Positions 9,657 through 20,679 of a stretch of DNA of 64,000 bases are shown in pieces; positions within the stretch are counted from its first letter, which is position 1, and every line of letters starts with the position of its first letter. The DNA comes from a virus, in IMG/VR virus record IMGVR_UViG_3300025133_000036, positions 32,001 through 96,000 of that record; one strand, written 5' to 3'. The notes under the pieces were generated by a model. It did no database searches, was not told the DNA's origin, and saw only the letters and a program-made list of their open reading frames with translations. A program made the position numbers and the translations under genes.

Positions 9657-12295
9657 TGGCAAATATAGAGTTAAGCGATCCAAGACCGGTAGAAGAAAAG
9701 AAAACCCTGCAAGAAAAACAAAATCGAGGCAGAGAATTATCTAGGTCTGATGATAATGTTAAATCATTATCTGTTGGGCTTATGGATATTGATTCTGCTA
9801 TTTTTTACTATTTTGAAAACGTAATAAAACCAGATATCCGCGAACATGGCGAACGCGTAAAAGTTCCAGTAATGTATGCTAACCCAGAAAGATGGGCTTC
9901 AATCCAACAGCAAGGTGCGATACGAGATAAAAAACGAAAAATTATAACACCTGCAATTGCTTTTAGAAGAACTTCTATGGCAAAAGATGATACAATTCCT
10001 GTTGATAAGATCGACCCACAAGATCCTAAACTGTTTCAAACGTATCAATCACAGTATACTCGTCAAAATCGATATGATAAATTAAGTGCAACAAAAGGAA
10101 TAACGCCCAAAAAAGAAATGTACGCCGTTTCAGTACCAGATTATATGGTACTAACGTATGAGTTTATTGTTTGGACAAGCTTCACGGACCAAATGAATAC
10201 AATTATTGAAAGAATTAATTGGGCTGAAGGTGCGTACTGGGGAGAACCTGGTAAATTCAAATTTAGAACTTCAATAGATTCATTTGAAGATGCTAGTGAA
10301 TTTGAAGGTCAAAAGAGAAATATAAAAACAAATTTTTCTGTAACATTAAGAGGCTACCTATTACCGGAATCATTTAATCCTGTCAACACAGAAAAATTTA
10401 TAACTCCAAAACAATTAGTAGTAACAAACGAAACGGATGTTGACGTTATGTCTATTACTGATGTAGATACGGAAGGTGTCAAGTCAGTACGAGTTGTAAC
10501 TCAAACTAGTTCTGGTGGATCTACTACAACTACTAGTGGTGGCAGCGGTATTTTTGCACTTACTGGTTCAATACAATCAACAACTAATGATTTACAAGTA
10601 ACAGGTAGTTTAGTTGCAACATCATTTGTAGGTAGTGGAGCAGGGTTAACTGGTGTACCAGCAAGTGGTATAGAAGGACAACTTGGCATATTCAATACAA
10701 CTGGTTCTTTTGAATCAACAACAAACAATTTACAAATTACTGGTTCTATAGATACAACGGGTGATATTACTGCAAGTAATCTTAATGTTGGCCAATATAT
10801 TTATCATACAGATGATGTTAATACTTATCTTAATTTTACAAATGATAGACTTAGATTTAATATTGGTGGTATATCATACATAGATTTAAACGATGCAGGT
10901 TCTGCTCCACACGATGTTACATTCAACGATGGTGGTAATAATGTAGATTTAGTCATTAAAGGTGATTCTAATAATCCTTTATTTAAAACTGATTCTTCTG
11001 CAAATAGAATAGGAACACATGGTAAAGGTACGCCAGAAGTTGCTTTCCATATAGGTGGTTCTGAATTAAGGGTTGATGGGAATATAAGTGGTTCATCAAC
11101 TGGGACTGGTTCGTTTGGTTTACTACAAGGTGATGGTAGAGAACTAACAGGAGTTACAGCTGAATGGGATGGTACTCATGCAGGAGATGCTCAAATAACT
11201 GGATCGCTTAACGTTAGTAGTTCATTTTCAATAAATGATATAGAAGTTGATACTTCTGGAAGTATAAGAGATCAAGTATTAAAGTTTAACGGTACAAAAT
11301 GGGTTTCTGCAGCAGAAGGAAGTACTTTTGTATTTTCTATAGCTAGCTTTTCTGATGGTGAATCAACTTCACAAGTGGCTGGCACAGCAGGAGCAACTTG
11401 GAAAGCCGCCGATGCAATAACTTTTACTGCCACTTACAATAATGGACCACCTACTATTGCGGCTATTTCTGAATCTCAAACTAGCACTGGCATTTCAGAT
11501 TGGACAACTCCATTCGCAACTGATGATAATACTGTAGCAATTACATATCCAAATCCAGGAAGCACCCGGAGATTTCAAGTAATTGCTGATGGTCTTACTA
11601 CTAATGAAAGTTCTATAACTTTTAAAAATTATATTTTCTATGGCGCATCCACACAAGCAAATTCGTATGATGAGTCTTTTATTGAAGGTTTAACTTCAAC
11701 TTTATCTGAGGATAAAACACAAAATAATTTAAGTATAAATGCAAGTGGAAATAAATATGTATTTTGGATATATCCAAATAGATTAGGGACAGTATCTAAT
11801 TATTTTACTTGGGGAACTTCAACAAGCAACCAAGTAGTTATGGCAACTTCAGTAATTGGCTCTGCTTACAGTGTAACTAATTCAGCAGGTTTAACAGAGA
11901 ATTATAAAATATATCGTTCTGATGTTACTGTTAACGAAAGTGGAAGATTAGATACGGGAGTGTCATTAATAAATTATATTTATTGGGGTGCATCAGGAGC
12001 CGCTAGCGGATGGGATTCAGACGATATTAAGGCACTAGCATTTAAAGATAATTCTAATGATCAAACTCAAGTATGGACAGAAGTAACGGGAATGACAAGT
12101 GAATACATACTAATATGTATTCCAAGTAGGTTAACAGATCCAGCATCATTTTGGGATAATTCAACAGGATTTGGCGCAGATTTTGAATCTTCAGTCACTG
12201 TTAGTGTAACAAACTATGTTGGATATACAGAAAATTATGATGTTTTTAGATCAACCAATACTGTAACAGGTGATTTTACATTGGAAACTAAATAA
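9656..12295 (+). CDS. Tail terminator/completion protein (gp15-like N-terminal domain) fused to a long fibre-like C-terminal extension
   Basis: First ~265 aa carry KVPVMYANPERW, TPAIAFRR and VPDYMVLTYEFIVWT. The remaining ~600 aa are S/T/G-rich beta-type modules. Confidence 0.7.
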   Translation: MANIELSDPRPVEEKKTLQEKQNRGRELSRSDDNVKSLSVGLMDIDSAIFYYFENVIKPDIREHGERVKVPVMYANPERWASIQQQGAIRDKKRKIITPAIAFRRTSMAKDDTIPVDKIDPQDPKLFQTYQSQYTRQNRYDKLSATKGITPKKEMYAVSVPDYMVLTYEFIVWTSFTDQMNTIIERINWAEGAYWGEPGKFKFRTSIDSFEDASEFEGQKRNIKTNFSVTLRGYLLPESFNPVNTEKFITPKQLVVTNETDVDVMSITDVDTEGVKSVRVVTQTSSGGSTTTTSGGSGIFALTGSIQSTTNDLQVTGSLVATSFVGSGAGLTGVPASGIEGQLGIFNTTGSFESTTNNLQITGSIDTTGDITASNLNVGQYIYHTDDVNTYLNFTNDRLRFNIGGISYIDLNDAGSAPHDVTFNDGGNNVDLVIKGDSNNPLFKTDSSANRIGTHGKGTPEVAFHIGGSELRVDGNISGSSTGTGSFGLLQGDGRELTGVTAEWDGTHAGDAQITGSLNVSSSFSINDIEVDTSGSIRDQVLKFNGTKWVSAAEGSTFVFSIASFSDGESTSQVAGTAGATWKAADAITFTATYNNGPPTIAAISESQTSTGISDWTTPFATDDNTVAITYPNPGSTRRFQVIADGLTTNESSITFKNYIFYGASTQANSYDESFIEGLTSTLSEDKTQNNLSINASGNKYVFWIYPNRLGTVSNYFTWGTSTSNQVVMATSVIGSAYSVTNSAGLTENYKIYRSDVTVNESGRLDTGVSLINYIYWGASGAASGWDSDDIKALAFKDNSNDQTQVWTEVTGMTSEYILICIPSRLTDPASFWDNSTGFGADFESSVTVSVTNYVGYTENYDVFRSTNTVTGDFTLETK

Positions 12296-13110
12296 TGCCA
12301 AAGATATTAGGAAAATTTACACCATATGACGCGTCAAATAAATTACTTGATGGACGATATGTCGACGGTAATATAACCGGCAGCCAAGTAAGTGCAAGTG
12401 GAGCAATAGTTGCTAGTTCATTTACTGGAGACGGTAGTGGATTAACTGGATTAGCCGCTTCATATACTCAAGCTGAAATCAGTGGCGCATTAGGCACAAA
12501 TGCAGATTTTATAAGAAACCAAACCGCTGATAAAGTTAGTGGTTCATTGGGCACAAATGCAACATTTTTACGAAATTTAACTCCAGATAAAGTAAGTCAA
12601 TCGTTAGGTTCTAATGCCACTTTTTTACGATCACACACTTCTGCAAATGTAAGTGGTGCTTTGGGTGCAAATGCACCATTTATACGATCATTAACTCAAG
12701 CCGACGTAAGTGGTTCATTAGGAACCAACGCTAATTTTATACGAAATCAAACTGCTGGGAAAGTCAGTGGTTCATGGCAAGGGGAATTATCTTCAAGTGA
12801 GCTTACTTTTGCAGGTGGTGGTATTAGCGGTTCAGTTACGTCTACAGGTTCATTTAGTAGAGTAGAAGTTAGCGCAGACGGATTTGCTATCGGCGGAACA
12901 GAGATTAACCAAACTGTGGCCCAAAATATTACAGCTTTAGATCAACAACTATATACCGCTTCTACACCAACTTTCGCAGGAGTTACATTAACAGGTGATA
13001 GTACATTTGGTAATGCTCTTACTGATACGTATAAAGCTACCGGTAGCTTGAAAATTACAGGCTCTTTAGAAGTCGATGGTGTATTTAATATAGATGGAGG
13101 AACATTTTAA
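12295..13110 (+). CDS. Virion fibre/appendage protein with 19-aa tandem repeats
   Basis: S/G/T-rich; FTGDGSGLTG fibre motif; ends IDGGTF. Confidence 0.7.
   Translation: MPKILGKFTPYDASNKLLDGRYVDGNITGSQVSASGAIVASSFTGDGSGLTGLAASYTQAEISGALGTNADFIRNQTADKVSGSLGTNATFLRNLTPDKVSQSLGSNATFLRSHTSANVSGALGANAPFIRSLTQADVSGSLGTNANFIRNQTAGKVSGSWQGELSSSELTFAGGGISGSVTSTGSFSRVEVSADGFAIGGTEINQTVAQNITALDQQLYTASTPTFAGVTLTGDSTFGNALTDTYKATGSLKITGSLEVDGVFNIDGGTF
12469..12777 (+). repeat. Five and a half copies of a 19-aa (57-nt) repeat, xxxVSGsLGtNAxFlRxxT
   Basis: QAEISGALGTNADFIRNQT / ADKVSGSLGTNATFLRNLT / PDKVSQSLGSNATFLRSHT / SANVSGALGANAPFIRSLT / QADVSGSLGTNANFIRNQT / AGKVSGSW. Confidence 0.9.
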
Positions 13111-13301
13111 TGGATAAAGATATTGCAAAACGCGCAAAAGATATGATGGTCGAATTTAGTGCCTTAGGTCATAAACTTTCACGCTTAGCCCATGATGCGG
13201 CATTAACAGGGGATAAAACTCAAAACCGTCAGTTCGGGAAAGTCGCAAAAGAATACCAAAAGTTTTTTGGTGAATTAAAAAAATTACACAAACTATTATA
13301 G
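13110..13301 (+). CDS. Small hypothetical protein
   Basis: 63 aa; TAATG overlap with the upstream gene and GGAGG SD. Confidence 0.65.
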   Translation: MDKDIAKRAKDMMVEFSALGHKLSRLAHDAALTGDKTQNRQFGKVAKEYQKFFGELKKLHKLL

Positions 13302-13356
13302 TTTTAATCCTATTCATATGAGCAAATATATATTTGTATAAGGAGGCCGTTATATA

Positions 13357-16300
13357 ATGGCAAAACAGCACACAGTAAAACTTAAAAGATCTGCAGTCGA
13401 AGGTCGAGCGCCTAATACTGGAAGTTTAGTTCTTGGTGAATTAGCTATCAATACTTATGATGGTAAAATTTATTTTGAAAAAAGTGGAAGCGTTGAAAGT
13501 ATACAGCAAATTGTTACATCCGATGCACATACGTCAGGTTCAATAGATATTTCTGGTGCAGTTACGGCTTCTTTTTTCAAAGGTGATGCTTCAGGACTAT
13601 CAAATATACCCACTGGTCCACAAGGTAATCAAGGAAATCAAGGTAACCAAGGTAACCAAGGAAACCAAGGAAACCAAGGTAATCAAGGTAACCAAGGAAA
13701 CCAAGGAAACCAAGGTAATCAAGGTAACCAAGGTAATCAAGGTCGTCAAGGACCATTAGGTCCACTCGGCCCTCAAGGTAACCAAGGAAACCAGGGTAAT
13801 CAAGGTAATCAAGGTTCTGAAGGTAACTTCGGTGGTGCAACATTTGAATATGATTTTAGTACAACAACAACGACTTCTGATCCAGGAACAGGAAAATTAA
13901 GATTTAATCAAGCGGATCAAAATACTGCTACAAATATTTATATTGATGAAACGGATGTAAATGGTACTGATATTTCGAATTATCTAGTTACGATAGATGA
14001 TTCTACTTCAACTATCAAAGGCCATGTTAAAATATCAAATAAATTAGATTCCGCACAATTTATATTAGGAACGATATCAAGCCAAACTGACAATACCGGA
14101 TGGCATACAATTATCATATCTGTTATCGATTCTTCTGCTACATCACCATTCAGTGATACAGAAGATATATTGGTTACTTTTGCCAGAACAGGTGATAAAG
14201 GCGATACAGGAAATCAAGGACCCCAAGGAAACCAAGGCCCATTAGGTCCACAAGGCAACCAAGGCAACCAAGGTAATCAAGGCAACCAAGGTGATACCGG
14301 CGCTCAGGGTAACCAAGGTAATCAAGGTCCTACAGGCCAAACAGGTAATCAAGGTAATCAAGGCAATACTGGTCCATTAGGCCCACTCGGTCCTCAAGGT
14401 AATCAAGGCAACCAAGGCAATCAAGGTAACCAAGGTCGTCAAGGACCACTCGGTCCTCAAGGTAATCAAGGCAACCAAGGTAATCAAGGAAATCAAGGTC
14501 GTCAAGGCCCACTCGGTCCGCAGGGCAATCAAGGAAACACCGGTCCACTCGGCCCTCAAGGTAACCAAGGAAACCAAGGCCCATTAGGTCCACTCGGCCC
14601 TCAAGGTAACCAAGGAAATACCGGCCCACTCGGTCCTCAAGGAAATCAAGGCAATCAAGGTCGTCAAGGACCACTTGGCCCACTCGGTCCTCAAGGTAAT
14701 CAAGGTAACCAAGGTCGTCAAGGTCCACTCGGTCCACAAGGCAACCAAGGTCGTCAAGGACCACTCGGTCCACAAGGCAACCAAGGTAATCAAGGAAACC
14801 AAGGAAACCAAGGTCCAATCGGTAACACCGGCCCTCTTGGTCCTCAAGGTAATCAAGGCAACCAAGGTAATCAAGGCAACCAAGGTCGTCAAGGTCCACT
14901 CGGTCCTCAAGGTAACCAAGGAAATACTGGATCAACTGGTGCTCAAGGTAACCAAGGCAACCAAGGTAACCAAGGCAGACAAGGACCACTCGGTCCTCAA
15001 GGTAACCAAGGCAACCAAGGCAACCAAGGCAGACAAGGACCACTCGGTCATCAAGGTGCAAATGGTCCTTTAGGTCCTCAAGGCAACCAAGGTAATACTG
15101 GCGCTCAGGGTAATCAAGGAAATCAAGGTACTGAAGGTAATTTCGGTGGAGCTTCATTCGAATATAATTTTGCTACAGCCACTACAATGCAAGACCCAGG
15201 AAGCGGTGCTTTAAGACTTAATGCCGCAGACCAAAATACCGCTACTAACATAGCTATTGATGAATTAGATGCCGATGGTACTGATATATCATCGTATCTC
15301 CAAACTATAGATGACAGTACATCTACGATTAAAGGTCATGTAAAGATTTCAAACAAAACTGATAGTAGTCAGTTTATATTAGGTACGATATCAAGTCAAA
15401 CCGACAATACAGGATGGCACACAATTGTTATATCTGTAGTTGATTCATCAGCTACATCACCATTTAGTAATGCAGAAGATATTATAGTTACCTTTGCCAG
15501 AACAGGTGATAAAGGCGATACTGGAGCTCAAGGTAATATAGGTGCTCAAGGTAACCAAGGTAACCAAGGCAATCAAGGAAGACAAGGACCAGCAGGTACT
15601 GGTGCTCAAGGTAACCAAGGTAATCAAGGTAACCAAGGTAACCAAGGCAATCAAGGAAGACAAGGACCAGCAGGTACTGGTGCTCAAGGTAACCAAGGTA
15701 ATCAAGGCCGTCAAGGACCAATAGGAAATACTGGTCCAATTGGAAATACTGGTGCTCAAGGTAACCAAGGAAATCAAGGAAATACTGGATCAACTGGTTC
15801 TCAAGGTAACCAAGGTCCAATTGGAAATACTGGTGCTCAAGGTAATCAAGGTAACCAAGGAAATCAAGGAAATACTGGATCAACTGGTTCTCAAGGTAAC
15901 CAAGGTAATCAAGGTCGTCAAGGACCATTAGGTCCACTCGGCCCTCAAGGCAACCAAGGTAATCAAGGCAACCAAGGTAATCAAGGAAATACTGGCCCAC
16001 TCGGTCCTCAAGGAAATCAAGGTAACCAAGGTCGTCAAGGTCCACTTGGACCACAAGGTAATCAGGGAAATCAAGGTAACCAAGGTAATCACGGCAACCA
16101 AGGTAACCAAGGTAATCAAGGGCCATTAGGTCCACAAGGAAATCAAGGAAATCAAGGTTCTGAAGGTAACTTTGGTGGAGCATCTTTTAAATATACTTTT
16201 GAAGCCGATACAGATGCAACAGACCCGGGAGCCGGAAAAGTAAAATTAAATCAGACCGATCAAAATACCGCTACAAATATATACATTAACGATGCAGATG

Positions 16301-19300
16301 TAGATGCTACAGATATATCAAGTTATTTAGTTACTATTGACGATTCTACTTCTACTATTAAAGGTCATGTTAAAATTTCAAATAGAATTGATGCATCCCA
16401 ATTTATATTAGGTACAATATCAAGCCAAACGGATAACTCTTCTTACCATACTATTGTTATATCTGTAATTGACTCATCTGCTACGTCACCATTTTCAGAT
16501 GATGAAGGAGTACTAATAACATTTGCCAGAACAGGTGATAAAGGTGATACTGGCGCTCAAGGACCAACCGGTCCATTGGGCCCTCAAGGCAACCAAGGCA
16601 ACCAAGGTAATCAAGGAAATCAAGGTCGTCAAGGCCCACTCGGTCCGCAAGGTAACCAAGGTAATCAAGGTAATCAAGGAAATCAAGGAAATCAAGGTCG
16701 TCAAGGCCCACTCGGTCCTCAAGGAAATCAAGGCAATCAAGGTCGTCAAGGCCCACTCGGTCCTCAAGGAAATCAAGGCAATCAAGGTCGTCAAGGACCA
16801 CTCGGTCCTCAAGGCAACCAAGGTAACCAAGGCAGACAAGGACCAATCGGTCCTCAAGGAAATCAAGGTAACCAGGGTAACCAAGGTAATCAAGGGCCAT
16901 TAGGTCCACAAGGAAATCAAGGAAATCAAGGTTCTGAAGGTAATTTCGGCGGTGCAACATTTGCCTATACTTTTGAGACAAATACTAATAACGCAAATCC
17001 AGGTGCTGGTGATATTAGACTTGATAATGCTACACAAAATGCAGCAACAGGAATTTACATATGTGATACTGATGAAGATGGTACAGATATAGCATCTTAT
17101 TTACAAACTATTGACGATTCTACAAGTACTATAAAAGGTCATGTAAAGATTTCAAATAAATTAGACTCAAGTCAGTTTATACTATGGACAATTTCAAGTT
17201 TAACGGATAACAGTGGTTACTTTGACATTACAGTAAGTCCTGTTGATTCATCAGCTGCAGCACCATTTAGTGCTGCAGAAGATATCATAGTTACTTTTGC
17301 TAGAACAGGTGATAAAGGTACAACTGGAGCTCAAGGTAACCAAGGTCGTCAAGGCCCACTCGGTCCTCAAGGAAATCAAGGTAATCAAGGCAGACAAGGA
17401 CCAATCGGTCCTCAAGGAAACCAAGGCAACCAAGGTAACCAAGGCAGACAAGGACCAATCGGTCCTCAAGGAAACCAAGGTAACCAAGGAAACCAAGGTA
17501 ACCAAGGAAATCAAGGCAGACAAGGACCAATCGGTCCTCAAGGAAATCAAGGTAACCAAGGTAATCAAGGTCGTCAAGGTCCACTTGGTCCACTCGGTCC
17601 TCAAGGTTTTCAAGGAAATCAAGGTAACCAAGGAAATCAAGGCAACCAAGGTAACCAAGGTAATACAGGCGCTCAGGGTGATACTGGTGCTCAGGGTAAC
17701 CAAGGCAACCAAGGTCGTCAAGGCCCACTCGGTCCGCAAGGTAACCAAGGTAACCAAGGCAACCAAGGTAATCAGGGTAACCAAGGTCGTCAAGGTCCAC
17801 TTGGTCCACAAGGTAACCAAGGTAACCAAGGAAACCAAGGTAACCAAGGAAACCAAGGTAACACTGGCCCTCTCGGTCCTCAAGGTAATCAGGGCAATCA
17901 GGGTAATCAAGGCGATGAAGGTAATTTTGGTGGCGCCTCTTTCGAATATGATTTTAACACAGCCACTTCTGGAGATCCAGGGGCTGGCAAACTATTATTA
18001 AATCAAACAGATGAAAATACTGCTACTATTCTTCACTTAGATGATGTTGATATAGATGCAACAGATATACAATCTTACTTAAGAACTATTGATGATTCTG
18101 ATTCGACTATTAAAGGTCACGTTAGAATTTCTAATAAAGTTGATAGTTCACAATTTTTATTATTTCAAATTACAGCCACATCTGAAGAGACAGGATATTT
18201 TACTGTTACAATAAGTAATATAGCTTCTTCAGCTACATCTCCTTTTACATTAAATGAAAGAGTTATTGCCACATTCGCTAGAACAGGTGATAAAGGTGAT
18301 ACAGGAACACAAGGATCAACGGGCTCTCAAGGAAATCAAGGTAACCAGGGTAACCAAGGCAACCAAGGTCGTCAAGGCCCACTCGGTCCGCAAGGTAACC
18401 AAGGCAACCAAGGCAACCAAGGTCGTCAAGGTCCACTTGGACCAACTGGCCCACAAGGCAATCAAGGTAACCAAGGTAATCAAGGAAATACTGGCCCACT
18501 CGGTCCTCAAGGAAATCAAGGTAACCAGGGAAGACAAGGACCATTAGGTCCTCAAGGTAACCAAGGTAATCAAGGCAACCAAGGTCGTCAAGGTCCACTT
18601 GGACCTCAAGGAAACCAAGGTAACACCGGCCCTCTCGGTCCTCAAGGTAATCAAGGCAACCAAGGTAATCAAGGCAACCAAGGTCGTCAAGGTCCACTTG
18701 GACCTCAAGGAAACCAAGGTAATACTGGCCCAACTGGGCCCCAAGGTAATCAAGGAAGACAAGGCCCACTTGGACCACAAGGTTTTCAAGGTAATCAAGG
18801 CAATCAAGGCAATACCGGTCCACTCGGTCCTCAAGGAAATCAAGGCAATCAAGGCAATCAAGGCAACCAAGGTCGTCAAGGACCACTTGGACCACTTGGA
18901 CCACAAGGCAACCAAGGTAATCAGGGTAACCAAGGTCGTCAAGGACCACTTGGACCACTTGGACCACAAGGCAATCAAGGTAACCAAGGTCGTCAAGGAC
19001 CACTCGGTCCTCAAGGCAACCAAGGTAATCAGGGCCCACTTGGCCCACAAGGTAATCAGGGTGATACCGGTTCAGCAGATATATCATCTGCAGCGAATAA
19101 TAGAGTAATAACGTCTACAGGTACATCTACTGGTTTAGTAGCAGAGGGTAATTTGACATTTGATGGTTCTACATTAAATCTGTCCGGTGATCAAGTAATT
19201 ACAGGAGATCTTAGAGCAGTTGGATCAATAACGGCTAATGAATTAATTGTAAGTTCTTCTGTAACACATATGACACAATCATTTAGTAGTGGTTCAACAA

Positions 19301-20679
19301 TATTCGGTGATACTTTAGATGATACTCATCAGTTTACAGGTTCACTATTAGTTACAGGCTCAGCAACTATAGGTGGTGCTGCAACATTTGCTAAGACTAT
19401 TACTTCGATAGGTCAACTTTCAGTTGAAAATGCTGCACCCCAAGTAGTCATAAAGAGTACAGATACAAGTAATGGTGATGCTACTCTATCACTTATTTCT
19501 GATAATGGTGCCACAAACGCAGATTATTGGAAAATAAAAGCAGTTGCACCAGGGGATGAATTACAGTTTCTAAATGGAAATGATGCATCTTGTTTTACAC
19601 TAAACTCTTCTGGCAACGCCACATTTGCTTCGAGTGTACAATTAAGTGATGGTCAGCAAGTCCAATGGGGAGGAGGCAATAATGCTATTTTTGGACACGA
19701 TGCAAGTGATTATGTTGCTATAAAAACCAATGGAACAGATAGATTAAAAATAGATGATACAGGATTTGCCTTTTATAATATGCCAATCAAACTATCGGCT
19801 ACTGAAAAATTATATTTAGATGGTGGTAGCAACACTTACATAGAAGAAGATTCAGCAGATACCATTATAATTGCGACGGGTGGCACTACTGCTTTAACGC
19901 TTGACTCGTCCCAAAACGCCACATTTGCTGGTACAATAGGTTCAGGAGTAATTACATCTACAGGTCATAGTACTTTTGGTACTGTTGGTACTACCAGTGT
20001 GTGGGTAACTAATTTATATGATGGGAATAGTGCAGATAATTCAAGCATTGTTTTTGGTGGTACGAGTGATTTTATAAAATTTTATACAGATGGTCAAACG
20101 AGTGCAGACTTGGCTCTAACTCTTGATTCATCTCATAATGCTACGTTTGGTGGAAACATAAGTGGTTCAGCAACCTCAACTGGTTCGTTTGGTTCATTAG
20201 TAGTTTCTGATAAAGTACAAGGTGCAATCACATTTGGTAGTACCGTATCAGCACAAGGAAATGTAGAAATTAGAAAATCATATCCTGATTTAAATCTAAG
20301 AGCTGGAGATGAACAAAGAATTAATTTTGTTGATGATGGTAATGGTACTCAAAGTGGAATAAAGAACAACGCTGGTACAATGAAGTTTTATGGTAATAGT
20401 AGTTCTACTAAAATAAGAATGACCATAGATGATGATAATGCAACGTTTACTACTGACATATTACCTTCAGCTGATGCAACCTATGATTTAGGTTCAGGTG
20501 CTGCAAGATGGGCTAACTTATTTACAGCAGATTTAAATTTATCTAATGAAGGTACTCAAGGAAATGATGTTGATGGAACAAATGGTAATTGGACCATCCA
20601 AGAAGGCGCAGAAGACTTATATTTATTGAATAATAAGAACGGTAAAAAATACAAATTTAAGCTTGAGGAGATCATATAA
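13357..20679 (+). CDS. Giant collagen-like fibre protein 1 (2440 aa)
   Basis: N-terminal [11 protein letters not shown]...[15 protein letters not shown] fibre-anchor motif. Six G-X-Y blocks ([12 protein letters not shown]) are separated by five copies of a ~128-aa domain. The beta-rich C-terminus ends in DLNLSNEG...[23 protein letters not shown], a module I recognise from T4-like fibre proteins. Confidence 0.9.
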   Translation: MAKQHTVKLKRSAVEGRAPNTGSLVLGELAINTYDGKIYFEKSGSVESIQQIVTSDAHTSGSIDISGAVTASFFKGDASGLSNIPTGPQGNQGNQGNQGNQGNQGNQGNQGNQGNQGNQGNQGNQGNQGRQGPLGPLGPQGNQGNQGNQGNQGSEGNFGGATFEYDFSTTTTTSDPGTGKLRFNQADQNTATNIYIDETDVNGTDISNYLVTIDDSTSTIKGHVKISNKLDSAQFILGTISSQTDNTGWHTIIISVIDSSATSPFSDTEDILVTFARTGDKGDTGNQGPQGNQGPLGPQGNQGNQGNQGNQGDTGAQGNQGNQGPTGQTGNQGNQGNTGPLGPLGPQGNQGNQGNQGNQGRQGPLGPQGNQGNQGNQGNQGRQGPLGPQGNQGNTGPLGPQGNQGNQGPLGPLGPQGNQGNTGPLGPQGNQGNQGRQGPLGPLGPQGNQGNQGRQGPLGPQGNQGRQGPLGPQGNQGNQGNQGNQGPIGNTGPLGPQGNQGNQGNQGNQGRQGPLGPQGNQGNTGSTGAQGNQGNQGNQGRQGPLGPQGNQGNQGNQGRQGPLGHQGANGPLGPQGNQGNTGAQGNQGNQGTEGNFGGASFEYNFATATTMQDPGSGALRLNAADQNTATNIAIDELDADGTDISSYLQTIDDSTSTIKGHVKISNKTDSSQFILGTISSQTDNTGWHTIVISVVDSSATSPFSNAEDIIVTFARTGDKGDTGAQGNIGAQGNQGNQGNQGRQGPAGTGAQGNQGNQGNQGNQGNQGRQGPAGTGAQGNQGNQGRQGPIGNTGPIGNTGAQGNQGNQGNTGSTGSQGNQGPIGNTGAQGNQGNQGNQGNTGSTGSQGNQGNQGRQGPLGPLGPQGNQGNQGNQGNQGNTGPLGPQGNQGNQGRQGPLGPQGNQGNQGNQGNHGNQGNQGNQGPLGPQGNQGNQGSEGNFGGASFKYTFEADTDATDPGAGKVKLNQTDQNTATNIYINDADVDATDISSYLVTIDDSTSTIKGHVKISNRIDASQFILGTISSQTDNSSYHTIVISVIDSSATSPFSDDEGVLITFARTGDKGDTGAQGPTGPLGPQGNQGNQGNQGNQGRQGPLGPQGNQGNQGNQGNQGNQGRQGPLGPQGNQGNQGRQGPLGPQGNQGNQGRQGPLGPQGNQGNQGRQGPIGPQGNQGNQGNQGNQGPLGPQGNQGNQGSEGNFGGATFAYTFETNTNNANPGAGDIRLDNATQNAATGIYICDTDEDGTDIASYLQTIDDSTSTIKGHVKISNKLDSSQFILWTISSLTDNSGYFDITVSPVDSSAAAPFSAAEDIIVTFARTGDKGTTGAQGNQGRQGPLGPQGNQGNQGRQGPIGPQGNQGNQGNQGRQGPIGPQGNQGNQGNQGNQGNQGRQGPIGPQGNQGNQGNQGRQGPLGPLGPQGFQGNQGNQGNQGNQGNQGNTGAQGDTGAQGNQGNQGRQGPLGPQGNQGNQGNQGNQGNQGRQGPLGPQGNQGNQGNQGNQGNQGNTGPLGPQGNQGNQGNQGDEGNFGGASFEYDFNTATSGDPGAGKLLLNQTDENTATILHLDDVDIDATDIQSYLRTIDDSDSTIKGHVRISNKVDSSQFLLFQITATSEETGYFTVTISNIASSATSPFTLNERVIATFARTGDKGDTGTQGSTGSQGNQGNQGNQGNQGRQGPLGPQGNQGNQGNQGRQGPLGPTGPQGNQGNQGNQGNTGPLGPQGNQGNQGRQGPLGPQGNQGNQGNQGRQGPLGPQGNQGNTGPLGPQGNQGNQGNQGNQGRQGPLGPQGNQGNTGPTGPQGNQGRQGPLGPQGFQGNQGNQGNTGPLGPQGNQGNQGNQGNQGRQGPLGPLGPQGNQGNQGNQGRQGPLGPLGPQGNQGNQGRQGPLGPQGNQGNQGPLGPQGNQGDTGSADISSAANNRVITSTGTSTGLVAEGNLTFDGSTLNLSGDQVITGDLRAVGSITANELIVSSSVTHMTQSFSSGSTIFGDTLDDTHQFTGSLLVTGSATIGGAATFAKTITSIGQLSVENAAPQVVIKSTDTSNGDATLSLISDNGATNADYWKIKAVAPGDELQFLNGNDASCFTLNSSGNATFASSVQLSDGQQVQWGGGNNAIFGHDASDYVAIKTNGTDRLKIDDTGFAFYNMPIKLSATEKLYLDGGSNTYIEEDSADTIIIATGGTTALTLDSSQNATFAGTIGSGVITSTGHSTFGTVGTTSVWVTNLYDGNSADNSSIVFGGTSDFIKFYTDGQTSADLALTLDSSHNATFGGNISGSATSTGSFGSLVVSDKVQGAITFGSTVSAQGNVEIRKSYPDLNLRAGDEQRINFVDDGNGTQSGIKNNAGTMKFYGNSSSTKIRMTIDDDNATFTTDILPSADATYDLGSGAARWANLFTADLNLSNEGTQGNDVDGTNGNWTIQEGAEDLYLLNNKNGKKYKFKLEEII

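Noticed and set aside
13327-13336. TATATTTG as a Bacteroidetes TAnnTTTG -7 promoter indicating the host
   Set aside because: Single occurrence inside the more general ATATATATT motif, and strong SD use throughout argues against relying on it.
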